64,000 nucleotides of DNA from Eledone cirrhosa (taxonomy: Eukaryota). The stretch covers positions 155,868,001 through 155,932,000 of the forward strand of contig OZ024740.1 in assembly GCA_964016885.1 (NCBI GenBank). The letters run 5' to 3'. The translations under genes were made by a program, and so were the position numbers. Below, piece after piece: positions 42,642 through 59,659 of this stretch (the stretch's first letter is position 1; each line of letters starts with the position of its first letter). Below the pieces are notes generated by a model. The model was given only the letters and a program-made list of their open reading frames with translations. It ran no database searches and was not told the DNA's origin.

Positions 42642-43074
42642 ATATACACTATATGTACATATATATATAGTCATAACCCATACATAACTGATGAGTATTT
42701 AGAACTGATTACTAAAATACTTAATGTGCTTTTTTTAAAGTATGCCCACATTTCACATCTGACCTGTGCCTATTACTAGATTTTAAAGTTTATATTTGGC
42801 CTAGTCCTATATTAGCTTTGAGGCTTATATTTTACATCTGGTCTGGGTCGATTACCAGATTTTTATGGGCTCGAATAAGTATGAAGGGAGGAGAGGAAGA
42901 GACGGGTGGACGAGTTGGTCTGGCTGCAGCAATTATGCAATGTGGACGTCAGTATGTATAGATTTCTATAAATATTTAAGTCTTTTTCAATATGTTACTG
43001 TAAGTTATAGTTGCTTTCTAAGGATTCAAACTATAAATAGGAAATCACAATGTTCATTACAAGTGTGAAAATAC

Positions 43075-43300
43075 ACTCTTGGCAGGTGTAATGTGTCCGA
43101 ACACGGAAGAGCCAAACTCCATCCGTCATCGCCGCCATCTCTCTGTATAGTGAGCAAATGGGGTCCCACGTGCTGGCCCGGCGGACAGAATGGAGGCGGC
43201 GTTTCCCCGGAGGATGGTAAATGAGATGTGCTGGAAGAGCCATTCCATCTCGCAAGGCTCACACCTGCGGCTAGCCAGCCCAGCGCCTATGGTGGTGAGT
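43075..43300 (-). mobile_element. 3' fragment of the same CRE family
   Basis: Reverse complement aligns to ~41505-41730. Confidence 0.8.
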
Positions 43301-44356
43301 CCAAAGGAGCAGTACTGGTAATACAGGAGGCAGAGAAATAAAAATCAGCGTGTCTATGATGTAGCACATGGACGAGCTCGCGTTTCATATACAAAGTGAT
43401 GAATACATTGTTATGATGATGACGACGATAAGGAGGAGGAGGAAGAGGAGGATAATGTTGTTAGTGTTGCCATTTTTAACGATCACAATTATGATGATGG
43501 TGACGTTATTTATCATCATATCAGCCATGATCTAGGAAATCTAAGGTGAAAGGCATAACCATCTTTTTTTTTTTTTTAAATTTAAATCTAGGACTATATT
43601 GACCAAAGAAAAGTTCATTTCCTTTTTGTTTGAAGGCAACCGTATATCATTTGATGAGAGAAATTTGACTGCTGTTTGTATTAGGTCAAACAAGAACAGT
43701 GACTCCATAATTGGGTTGATATTGCTACTGTTGATGGTGATAATAGTGATGATAGGAAACATATACTTACTTTATCATATAGAGTCTGCTGTTTTGTTGA
43801 AAGGTACTGTAAACGTTTTTCAGAAAATGCTTTTCGTAACTAGAAGAGAGAAATTACGAAGTTTAAGTTAACTCATCTTTTCACACAACTTCCTTCCTTT
43901 CATAGGAAGTGATAAAGGTAAATGGAGCTGCCGTCGTTTTCAACGAGGAGTTTTGCAGTTGTTCCCCCAACGTTAAATTATCATGTAAGTCGTCGAGTAT
44001 TACACAGACACGTGTACCGTGAAAACAATTCCCAAGCAGATGTAATGTATATGATCAGGGTTGGATTTAGACATTGGGGGGCTCTTGCAGAGACAAAACA
44101 CAATTAGAATACATAGCCGCCCCCCCCCCCCCCCCCCCATTTTACATATCAAAGTTAGCTTGGCGCAAGTAATTGGAACTGAAAAGTTATACATACAGGT
44201 ATTAAATAAAAAAAAAAACACCCTAAAACTAATAGACCCAACTGAGAGCACAAATAAATTGCTACGACTGTCGCTGGTAACCCCGCCCATGGGCCCGGGG
44301 AAATTGCCCCCTTTGCCCTCCATTAAATCCGGCCCTGAGCCAGATACAGTATGTAA

Positions 44357-44475
44357 TAACTGTTTCTACTTTTGGCACAAGGCCAGCAATTACTCAGTAT
44401 ATTATTGGTACTTTTTTTTATCGACCCCGTAAGGATGAAAGGCAAAGTGAACCTCGGCGGGATTTGAACTCAGAA
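44357..44475 (-). mobile_element. Truncated SINE copy
   Basis: Family core ggcacaaggccagcaattac..ggatttgaactcag. Older copies at ~47330-47440, ~47710-47800 and ~48230-48360. Confidence 0.75.
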
Positions 44476-45567
44476 AGCATGGCCGATACTCCCAATCCAC
44501 TGTAATAACGTTGGCTCTTTGAATTATTGAAGGTATAAGCCATCCGGTGGGTTTCCACACAGCTTCTGTCAACCAAATTTCATTCACAGAGCATTGGTAA
44601 AATAAAATACAAAACACTTTATGTAAACAATTATAAACAAACATGTTAAAGTATACATATAAAACAAACAGCGGTGGAACAAAAACGTAATGTAACATGA
44701 AATGAAAAGGAAGAGGCTATGTAGCCGGTCCTGGTAAAATTGACTCCCAGGCTATTTAGCCAGTAAGAGTGTCAGACACCATGAGTTGCCGACCGAGTGA
44801 AGACAATTTGAAATCTTTTCCACCACCAATTGTTAAAAAACAAGTTAAAATCATTTAGTGATCATCTTATGATAATTCTGCTTGTGTTTCATCCATTGGT
44901 AACGCACGCACGCACGCACGCACGCACACGCACGCACACGCACACGCACACACACACACACACTCTCTACTGAGTTTCACGGCTTAAGAATTTTAGTAGA
45001 GTCAACTATTTTCGAAGTTAAGAATTTCACGACCTGGGTTAAAGATAGTAACCACTACCTGGGTTCTAAAACTATTTATTATTTAGCTGTAAAATAAGCT
45101 TCCGAGACCCCTGTCTAGAGTTGCGTCCCTTTAGGTTTTAACGATAAAATAAGCTTAAAAAGCATGTTTTTCTATTTTGCCGGCACCGGGTACGTAGCCT
45201 ATTCCAAAAGAAAAACATATATTACAATTCAAAACAAACAAATGTGCCAAGAAAGGGACAGGAACCGCCAACTAGGGAGATCAGTGCCCTTCAAGACACT
45301 GATCAATAATATCAATGATAGTTTTGATTCGCAGATACATACCTGTTCATTGAAAAGACAGTAAATGAGGAAGATGAAGAATCCCTGGAATGACAATAAC
45401 AACAACATTAAATGTTAGGAATTGTTCAGCTATATTTGAAACTCATCCCAGTTTACAAAGTAATGTAAAGATATTTTTATCATTATAAAATAGATTGAAG
45501 CAAATGTGATGTATATCGATAGGAGAAACGAGATAAATGTCGTATTTACGAATTTGGCATTATTCAT

Positions 45568-45855
45568 TGTGGGGTTGCCGTGGAGAAGATTGCCAGAAGT
45601 TGGGGGACGCCTGAGCGGGAGCGGGAGGACAAATGACGTTACACGAGAGTTCAGGGGCTACTAACTGCTTCTTTCCCAGTAGTAGGACGTGAAGCGAGAC
45701 TGAGTGAGGCTCTGATACTATAAAAGTCGGATGGACGACTCAGTCCAAAGTGAATTGAAGACCCAAGCTAAGTCTGACTGCTCTGGTTACAAGCTATTTC
45801 GGCGTTTAATATTTCTTTCCCATCTCCTGGCAATCTCCTTCACGGCAGCCCCACA
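45568..45855. mobile_element. 288-bp TG...CA element with ~37 bp terminal inverted repeats (solo LTR or MITE)
   Basis: tgtggggttgccgtggagaagattgccag vs ctggcaatctccttcacggcagccccaca. Internal tataaaag near 45719. No clear TSD. Confidence 0.55.
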
Positions 45856-48040
45856 TGCTTGGATTTCGTTAAAATAAAGTATCAGTAAAGTAGCGGAGTC
45901 AATTTAATCGATTATCCTCCCTAAATTGCTGCTTTTGTGTCTATGTTAGAAACAATTATCATATTGATGTTCTGACCGATTTAAGTTGCTTTCTATCAGA
46001 TCACAGACTGTGGTCTAGGATGAGAAATATTCTTGTCCTTTCTCGCATTAAGATCCTTCCAAACTTTCCATAAGTGTCCTTATTTTGTGTTAATGTCCCA
46101 TAGCCGTCACCCATCCCCCCCACACCACCACTTTCTTCTTCTTCCTTTTCCACCTCCTGGTATTATTTTCAGTTATTGTGGTCGGAATTCAATTAAACAG
46201 CAACATACAAGTTTAATCATGCAGATTTTGATTTATTTTTACAATTCTGAGTGAAGTGGCTTTTGTGAAGAAGTATATTTATTGCCCGTCCTTTATAAAT
46301 AATAATTTGTTCTAAAAGCATTGTGAATTTCAAAGTTGTAGTAAAGTATTTGTGCAAGCGACCGAGTGTTTGATTACCGGATGAATAAACGGTTGTTGTT
46401 TCATATACCATTTCTGGTACTTCATTGTGGCCATGGAACAAAATACTGAATTCAAATCTCAAATATTTCTACTAAATATTAATTAGAAATATTTATAATC
46501 ATCCTCTCATTATGAACATGACTGGAAAGTTTCTGTTCATAGACTTATTCACGAGAATCTTCAGGGTATAACAGGAACTTCAAAGCATTTATTATCATCC
46601 TGGTGTTGAGATCGGTAATTAAGAATGCCTTCCTGAAATTACGAACATTCAGAAGAATGAAGGGACTTAGATATCGAAACAAAGCTTAGTTTGGGATTTT
46701 TGAGAGTAACATACGGTGCGCGCTTGGTGAGGCAGTCTTCTATTTTTAGTTGGGGAGGACAGCTCTTTCACTGTCATGTTTACGGCGTTGTATGCAGTGT
46801 AGCTGGGTTTTTTTTTGTACTCACACACCCACACCCATGTACACCCCGCTCTCCCACAAAGTAACAGCTTTGCATTTTTCATATATTAATGATTTTCAAC
46901 ATTTTTTGATCAAATGGAATAGCTCGACAAAGTCTAAATGATACACAAGAATAAAGCAAACTTTAAAAAAAGACACAAACCTGTAATGCTGTCAATACAG
47001 TGAATATATATTGAAATACTATTGTGTCCTCGTTGACGGAAAAAAGACCAATAATCCACGTAAAACCCAAGAGAGGTGATAAGATGATAATTGCGCGAGC
47101 TCCTTTTCTGAAAGTTAAAAAAAAAAAAAAATCTTATAATTATGACACAACAGTGCTTTTTCAATGATAAATTATTGTTTTTCAGATTATTGATCAACGT
47201 TTTCGATATATATTTCGATTCTGATATGCAATATAGAGATCAGAAATAAAATTCAAAAATTGATTTTTTGTTGTAGTTACTACTCTCACCTTTTCACCAG
47301 ATACCGCAAAGTATCCGATTCGATGTTCTAATAATCCCACCAATCCCCTACATTGGATTGGTACCTTTGGCTAAGAAAGGATGAACAGCAAAGTTGACTT
47401 CGGTGAGATTTGAACTCAGAGCGCAGAGAGCCGGAACGTATATCACTAATTAATTAATAGGAAACTTTAACGAGTTTGGTACCTTTCTAATTGTTATTGA
47501 AACTAAACGATTAACATTTGCGATAGTCTTAATTCTGTTTTATTTTAATATTCTGTAATACGTTATAAGAGATAAGAATGACTGTGAAATGCCTTATTGT
47601 ATTATATCTCAACTTAGATAATTTTCAACTGTTGTCTTCAGATAGATGGGCGGTATTTGATAAAATAATTGATTTCTAGCATTTTTAATGTGTGGGGTAT
47701 ATAGTCTATAGCCGGCGAATTGGTAGAGTTGTTAGATAGATGTAGGATAGAATTCGTCTCAGCTCTCTACGCTCGCTGAGTGCAAATTCTGCCTAGTTCT
47801 TTTCTGCGGATGATATTACTTTGTCCACCATATTTTGGGGGTAGGGCGTTTGTAAAATGAATGAAAAATAAATGCCTATTTAGACCATAAGGGCTAAAGA
47901 TAGAGGAAAACCGAACGCCTGATTAGGAACTTGGTCGGTTTATCCATAAAACAATATAAACTTAAAAAAAAAAAACGTTTGTGATCAAGGTGAATGATCA
48001 ACAAACTTACGAAGCGATCTGTACACAAAAAAACAAACAC

Positions 48041-48080
<40 letters not shown>

Positions 48081-49080
48081 CAACAACAACATCCAAAGAA
48101 AATATACTCCATACCTTACTCGGTCTTTAGTAGTTTCTATCAACATACGGCTGGATGACATCAAGGCTCTGAGCACAAATATAGCACACACTGTGTTGGC
48201 CTTGAGGAAGCAACAGAAAAAAAAATACCAATAAGGATGAAAGATAAAATCAACCTCGATGATATTTGAACTCGGAACGTCGAAAACCGTAATTAAATAC
48301 CGCAAGACATATGTTTGGCACTTTAATGATTCTGCCATACCGAGTTCAAATCTCACTGTGGCCTACCTTGGGTGGTAGATTTGGCTCTTCGTGTTTGTAT
48401 ATAATGTACATATACACCTACACACGCACATAGATATACGTGTTGCGAAATCTCTCCACATATACTGACCCCTAAACAACATGATGTTCATTTTTGTTTG
48501 AATTCTTGTCGTTACTTTGTCTGGGGAAAGCATTCCAGTAGGTCATAAGTTATTTCTTAATAAAAATGATTAAATAGCGATGTTTGTTAATGGCAACTTT
48601 ACTTTCGACCTTCAACTTTCAACCACTGACTATGGTAAGAAGTACACCCATAGATCTCAACTCACTGAGACACTCACTCAATTCATTTGCCATAAGTCAC
48701 ACATTTCCCAAAGCACTTATATGGGAGAGAGTATTTTTAAAATCATAATCTTGCATTTCACTTCCTCTTCTATTATCGATCGCTTATACCACATCGATCT
48801 GGGCGAGTAACTTATGTCGCGAAATCTCTCCACATAAAGAAAATGATGTTCATTTTACTTTTGTTTGAATTGACAATGAGTAGAGCCACATATCTGGACT
48901 CACTGAGACACTCACTCAATTCATTTGTCAAAAGACACAAATTTCCTATAACACTTATATGGGAGAGAGCAATTCACGGAATCACCCAGCAAGACAAAAT
49001 GAACAATAGTACGAAGCTCAAACCATCAATCGCGCTATATCTTAAATAAACAACATCTTTACATATGCATATTGATGTGA

Positions 49081-49121
<41 letters not shown>

Positions 49122-49201
49122 GAGGGGTATTTTACCCGATTTCGAAGCTATTATTTATAGAAGTTGACTGTGGTTACAATTGTTTTCTGGGATTGCCCCT
49201 A

Positions 49202-49298
<97 letters not shown>

Positions 49299-49396
49299 TA
49301 TATATTTATATATATATATATATTTGTATATATATATATATTTGTATTTATATATATATATATTTATATATATATATATTTATATATATATATATT

Positions 49397-49427
<31 letters not shown>

Positions 49428-49574
49428 ATTTATATATATATTTATATATATATATTTATATATATATATATATTTATATATACATATATATATGAATAAA
49501 GTTAGTCCTTCATCAGTGATCTTCCAACCATCATTGGTATTTCATCGCTTTAACGACCATATACCTCCGGTATT

Positions 49575-49605
<31 letters not shown>

Positions 49606-49630
49606 ATTTATATATATATATTTATATATA

Positions 49631-49675
<45 letters not shown>

Positions 49676-49898
49676 ATAAATATTTATATATATATTTATT
49701 TATATATATATTTATATACATATATATTTATATACATATATATATATAAGTATATATTACACAAAGAGAAATGTGTTACACAGTGAGAAGTGTGTAAAGA
49801 ATTATTACATATATATATATATATTTATATATATATATATTTATATATATATTTATATACATATATATATATAAGTATATATTACACAAAGAGAAATG

Positions 49899-50338
49899 TG
49901 TTACACAGTGAGAAGTGTGTAAAGAATTATTACAAGTGATTTTACCGTTACTGTATACGGAACAATATCTACAGGTAAGCAATTAAATAGAAAAAAACCC
50001 AGATCAGAATCAAATCTCTGGATTGGAATTTTAAATCACAAACCTTATAGCTATGAAGGTTAGATGTGCAGGATTCAGTCTCGCATTTTGCTGACTGATG
50101 ATCCATGTTGGACTGTTATTCTACACATATAGGTGGTGACATATAAGTGGTGAAACGAAAAACTAGATTCGTATCAGCAAAATATAGTTATAAGGTTTGT
50201 GATTTAAAATTCCAATCCAGAGATTTGATTCTGATCTGTTTTTTTTTCTATTTAATTACTTACCTGTAGATATTGTTCCCTATACAGTAACGTAAAATCA
50301 CTTGTAATAATTCTTTACACACTTCTCACTGTGTAACA
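49899..50338. mobile_element. Fold-back element: ~155 bp inverted arms enclosing a complete hammerhead
   Basis: 49899-50054 is the reverse complement of 50184-50338. The element runs into the assembly gap. Confidence 0.75.
50085..50183 (+). ncRNA. Type I hammerhead with a real stem III and a long stem II domain
   Basis: attttgctga-CTGATGA-t-cca..tgg-t-GAAA-cgaa-aaactaga-ttcg-TA-tcagcaaaat, with a perfect 10-bp stem I. Confidence 0.85.
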
Positions 50339-50538
50339 NNNNNNNNNNNNNNNNNNNNNNNNNNNNNNNNNNNNNNNNNNNNNNNNNNNNNNNNNNNNNN
50401 NNNNNNNNNNNNNNNNNNNNNNNNNNNNNNNNNNNNNNNNNNNNNNNNNNNNNNNNNNNNNNNNNNNNNNNNNNNNNNNNNNNNNNNNNNNNNNNNNNNN
50501 NNNNNNNNNNNNNNNNNNNNNNNNNNNNNNNNNNNNNN
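50339..50538. other. Assembly gap (200 N)
   Basis: Run of n characters. Confidence 1.
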
Positions 50539-50819
50539 TCATCAGGACTACATATCCAGTGCTTTTATCGAGAATGACACAGCTAGAGACTTATAGAATA
50601 CTTAGCTGTGTACAGGAACTGGTTGAAAGAGCGGTTGCCGGTCCGGCAGAAAATTAGAAATTGGAATAAATGCTCTGAAATAGCGATATATATGTGAATT
50701 TAGACATAGAATATTCGAAACATATTCTGATGTTTATAATAAACATTTTGAAGACCTAATCGCTATAGAATAGAATACGTCACGTATTACCAATTAGATT
50801 CTCGATAAAAGAAAGGGAA

Positions 50820-50862
50820 GTAATCTACGCGTTTCATTCTTGTTAGAATTCATCAGGACTAC
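50820..50862 (-). ncRNA. Minimal type I hammerhead ribozyme
   Basis: gtagtc-CTGATGA-attct-aaca-agaat-GAAA-cgcg-TA-gattac. Confidence 0.88.
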
Positions 50863-51129
50863 ATATCCAGTGCTTTTATCGAGAATGACACAGCTAGAGA
50901 CTTATAGAATACTTAGCTGTGTACAGGAACTGGTTTGAAAGAGCGGTTGCCGGTTCCGGCAGAAATTAGAAATTGGAATAAATGCTCTGAAATAGCGATA
51001 TATATGTGAATATAGACATAGAATATTCGAAAATATTCTGTATGTTTATAATAAACATTTTGAGACCTAATCGCTATAGAATAGAATACGTCACGTATTA
51101 CAATTAGATTCTCGATAAAAGAAAGGGAA

Positions 51130-51172
51130 GTAATCTACGCGTTTCATTCTTGTTAGAATTCATCAGGACTAC
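51130..51172 (-). ncRNA. Minimal type I hammerhead ribozyme
   Basis: Identical to 50820-50862. Confidence 0.88.
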
Positions 51173-51439
51173 ATATCCAGTGCTTTTATCGAGATTGACA
51201 CAGCTAGAGACTTATAGAATACTTAGCTGTGTACAGGAACTGGTTTGAAAGAGCGGTTGCCGGTCCGGCAGAAATTAGAAATTGGAATAAATGCTCTGAA
51301 ATAGCGATATATATGTGAATATAGACATAGAATATTCGAAAATATTCTGTATGTTTATAATAAACATTTTGAAGACCTAATCGCTATAGAATAGAATACG
51401 TCACGTATTACAATTAGATTCTCGATAAAAGAAAGGGAA

Positions 51440-51482
51440 GTAATCTACGCGTTTCATTCTTGTTAGAATTCATCAGGACTAC
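51440..51482 (-). ncRNA. Minimal type I hammerhead ribozyme
   Basis: Identical to 50820-50862. Confidence 0.88.
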
Positions 51483-51654
51483 ATATCCAGTGCTTTTATC
51501 GAGAATGACACAGCTAGAGACTTATAGAATACTTAGCTGTGTACAGGAACTGGTTTTAAACCAGTTCCTGTACACAGCTAAGTATTCTATAAGTCTCTAG
51601 CTAAGTATTCTATAAGTCTCTAGCTGTGTCATTCTCGATAAAAGCACTGGATAT

Positions 51655-51697
51655 GTAGTCCTGATGAATTCTAACAAGAATGAAACGCGTAGATTAC
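51655..51697 (+). ncRNA. Minimal type I hammerhead ribozyme (inverted arm)
   Basis: gtagtcCTGATGAattctaacaagaatGAAAcgcgTAgattac, read directly on the plus strand. Confidence 0.88.
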
Positions 51698-51857
51698 TTC
51701 CCTTTCTTTTATCGAGAATCTAATTGTAATACGTGACGTATTCTATTCTATAGCGATTAGGTCTTCAAAATGTTTATTATAAACATACAGAATATTTTCG
51801 AATATTCTATGTCTATATTCACATATATATCGCTATTTCAGAGCATTTATTCCAATT

Positions 51858-55308
<3,451 letters not shown>

Positions 55309-55310
<2 letters not shown>

Positions 55311-55507
55311 CGAAGGAAATGTGGTAAGGAACCAGGTGGACCATCACGCACCCAAAGTACTCAATAACTTGAGGTAGTAGAGTGGGTAATAGGAACCAGT
55401 AAGACCCCGACAGCTGAGCTCAAGCCGTTTCGACGGCTAATTCTAATTCAGAATTAGCCGTCGAAACGGCTTGAGCTCAGCTGTGTCGGGGTCTTACTGG
55501 TTCCTAT
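55309..55507. mobile_element. Palindromic PLE end remnant containing only the 3' half of a hammerhead
   Basis: Hairpin 55389-55507. Minus strand reads gaattagccgtc-GAAA-cggc-ttgagctca-gctg-TC-gggg, with no CTGANGA. Confidence 0.55.
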
Positions 55508-55553
55508 ATATATATATATATATATATATATCTATATATATATATATATATAT

Positions 55554-55775
55554 TTCGCAATATATATACAGATGTGTTGGTATCTGTGTTTCATCACATA
55601 CATATTAATTTATATTTATATATATATATATTTATAAATATATATATTTATATATATATATATATATATATATAAATATATATATTTAATATATATATAT
55701 ATATATATATAAATATATATATTTATATATATATATATATATATATTTATAAATATATATATTTATAAATATATA

Positions 55776-55811
<36 letters not shown>

Positions 55812-55845
55812 TATATATTTATATATATATAAATATATATATATG

Positions 55846-55921
<76 letters not shown>

Positions 55922-55925
55922 TATA

Positions 55926-55967
<42 letters not shown>

Positions 55968-56007
55968 TATATATTTATAAATATATATATATATATATAA
56001 ATATATA

Positions 56008-56047
<40 letters not shown>

Positions 56048-56425
56048 TATATATTTATAAATATATATATATATAAATATAAATTAATATGTATGTGATG
56101 AAACACAGATACCAACACATCTGTATATATATTGCGAAAGAAAAATTTAGCCAGATTGAAGTATACTAATTATTATACTACAGTTTGTCCAAATCGATTT
56201 AAAATAATAAATCAACGGAGACGAACTGTATTGGCAAAAGGCCGTGATGTTTAGACACATTTAAATTTCAAAATCAACCTGTTCCGTAGATAAGTTTAGA
56301 CTTTAAGATCCAAATATGTTTCGAGTTAAATAAGTGTAGGAATATCATGTCCCGCTCTCCTCAGTAAACACCCGCAGACAAATTGATATGCTTCACTTCT
56401 AAATAATTTAAAAGACTGCGTTAAT

Positions 56426-56471
<46 letters not shown>

Positions 56472-56830
56472 ATTAACGCAGTCTTTTAAATTATTTAGAA
56501 GTGAAGCATATCAATTTGTCTCCGGGTGTTTACTGAGGAGAGCGGGACATGATATTCCTACACTTATTTAACTCGAAACATATTTGGATCTTAAAGTCTA
56601 AACTTATCTACGGAACAGGTTTGATTTTGAAATTTAAATGTGTGTAAACATCACGGCCTTTTGCCAATACAGTTCGTCTCCGTTGATTTATTATTTTAAA
56701 TCGATTTGGACAAACTGTAGTATAATAATTAGTATACTTCAATCTGGCTAAATTTTTCTTTCGCAATATATATACAGATGTGTTGGTATCTGTGTTTCAT
56801 CACATACATATTAATTTATATTTATATATA
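55554..56830. mobile_element. Fold-back non-coding element with ~360 bp arms and degenerate HHRs at 56308-56369 (-) and 56528-56589 (+)
   Basis: 56075-56432 is the reverse complement of 56465-56825. HHR reads gttta-CTGAGGA-gag..ctc-GAAA-cata-TT-tggat. An extra terminal copy lies at 55554-55620. Confidence 0.65.
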
Positions 56831-56854
56831 TATATATTTATAAATATATATATT

Positions 56855-56885
<31 letters not shown>

Positions 56886-57033
56886 TATTTATATATATAT
56901 ATATATATATTTATATAAATATATATATTTATATATATATATATATATATATATAAATATATATATTTATATATATATATTTATAAATATATATATTTAT
57001 ATATATATATATATATATATAAATATATATATT

Positions 57034-57114
<81 letters not shown>

Positions 57115-57312
57115 CATATATATATATTTATATATATATATCTATATACATATATATATATTTATATATATATATTTATATACATATATATATATTTATA
57201 TATATATATTTATATACATATATATATATTTATATATATATATTTATATACATATATATATATTTATATATATATATTTATATACATATATATATATTTA
57301 TATATATATATT

Positions 57313-57352
<40 letters not shown>

Positions 57353-57378
57353 TATATATATATTTATATATATATATT

Positions 57379-57411
<33 letters not shown>

Positions 57412-57493
57412 TTATATATATATATTTATATATATATATTTATATATATATATTTATATATATATATATATAATATTTATATATATATATATT

Positions 57494-57527
<34 letters not shown>

Positions 57528-57557
57528 ATTTTATATATATATATTTATATATATATT

Positions 57558-57615
<58 letters not shown>

Positions 57616-57773
57616 TATATATATATAATTATATATATTTATTTATATATAAATATATTTATATATATATAATTATATATATTTATTTATATATAAATAT
57701 ATTTATATATATATAATTATATATATTTATTTATATATAAATATATTTATATATAAATATATTTATATATATA

Positions 57774-57813
<40 letters not shown>

Positions 57814-57849
57814 AATATATTTATATATATATATTTATATATATATATT

Positions 57850-57922
<73 letters not shown>

Positions 57923-57950
57923 TTATATATATATTTATATATATATATAT

Positions 57951-58441
57951 TTATTAAAATAACAGTTTAAAGTTTAACCAAAGAATCGCTGCTTTCACCC
58001 TTAACGGGATCTTCTGAAACTAACAAAGTCAATCTGTAAACGCAGAAGTGGATATTTCAAAAAACGTTGCAACCGGAGGAAGACAGGAAGACGATACTTT
58101 GGTTCGTGGAAACGTTCGCTTCACAAAACATACGGGTAAAATATACTTACCTATGCAAATAGGTAATGGTATAAACAAAACATACTTAGCTCCCACATCA
58201 AGACGTAAAATATCCACGTATAAATCGTACTATCCGTTAGGGTATAACGTGGGGCTGTAATACAGGAAAGTTTTGTGCAATTTATGTTTACAAGCCGAAA
58301 TTGCCTCAGATTTTTTGTTTAAGATGTGGTCTGTGGCGTAGAATATTTCCAGGGCCTCAGCGGCTTAGAGATCACATGGTCTTTTATTACCGTTATACGA
58401 TCTAGCCCTCTTTGAATTTTAGTCTTCAAATTTATTATTAT

Positions 58442-58446
<5 letters not shown>
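57951..58446 (-). mobile_element. Internally deleted copy of the 30081-31625 PLE with an inverted terminal tail, HHR at 57971-58021
   Basis: 57951-58117 matches 30172-30337. 58118-58408 matches ~31110-31403. 58405-58446 is the reverse complement of 30080-30120. Confidence 0.85.
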
Positions 58447-58515
<69 letters not shown>

Positions 58516-58518
<3 letters not shown>

Positions 58519-58774
58519 GTTATGTAATAAACAACATAAGACAATTATTCTAATTACCAGTGGTTTCTTAAAAGCAAAAGATTTTGCTTTCAATCCTCAG
58601 AATGAAAAAATCCTGGTCTATTTATTGAATTTGGATTTTAAAAAACAAAAATGCAATCTATATGAAAGTGAGGCTGGAGAAAGAAGAAGGAAAGGAAAAA
58701 TAAAATAAAATCACACATGCAAACACACACACAAAAACACGCACACACACACACACACACACAAAAGCATACAT

Positions 58775-58819
<45 letters not shown>

Positions 58820-59403
58820 CATACACTCATACATACACACACACATATATACACACATATATATATGTGTATATAAATACACACATACACATACATATAC
58901 ACATATATACATACGCACATAAATATCAACACATCCATACATACACATACATATATACAACCACACACACATATATACACATATACATACATATAGGAAC
59001 ATAAATATATATATATATACATATGTACAAGCATACACAAACATAGCCATACACACATACATATACATACATACATACATGCACACAATCATACATATAT
59101 ACACACGTACATACATACACATACGTAAATGCACTCCTCTACATATTCACACACCCAAATAAATATAAGAAAATATATATATATAAAAAATAAAAATTAT
59201 TATAGAGTTGACAGCGATACAAACGGCGGGTAGATGAACAGACACGCGTGGTAAGTAATACACACAAATGCACGTATACATACGTACGAAATAGTGAATA
59301 CATACACACACTCTCACACATAAATATACAAATACATAAACACATACATACACATGCAAAAACACGCACACACACACACGTATACAATTATACACACACA
59401 TAT

Positions 59404-59462
<59 letters not shown>

Positions 59463-59566
59463 CACACACACATATATATGGATACATACACACACACACA
59501 TATACATACATAGCTATAAAATTATACACATACAAATACGTGTATATCATAAACACGCACAACCAA

Positions 59567-59659
<93 letters not shown>

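Larger units (their letters stand above)
50539..51857 (-). mobile_element. Retrozyme-like tandem array: at least 3.3 x 310 bp HHR units plus a fold-back copy
   Basis: HHRs at 50820, 51130 and 51440 give a period of 310. Inversion centre at ~51556 and inverted arm to 51857. Confidence 0.85.

Noticed and set aside
42687-42730. CTGATGA-gtatttag..ctaaaatac
   Set aside because: Followed by TTAA rather than GAAA, with no stem I.
46515-46640. Possible minus-strand terminal exon (tttcag-EGILNYRSQ..VIP*) or degenerate HHR
   Set aside because: No homology is recognisable, no partner exons were found, and stem I does not pair.
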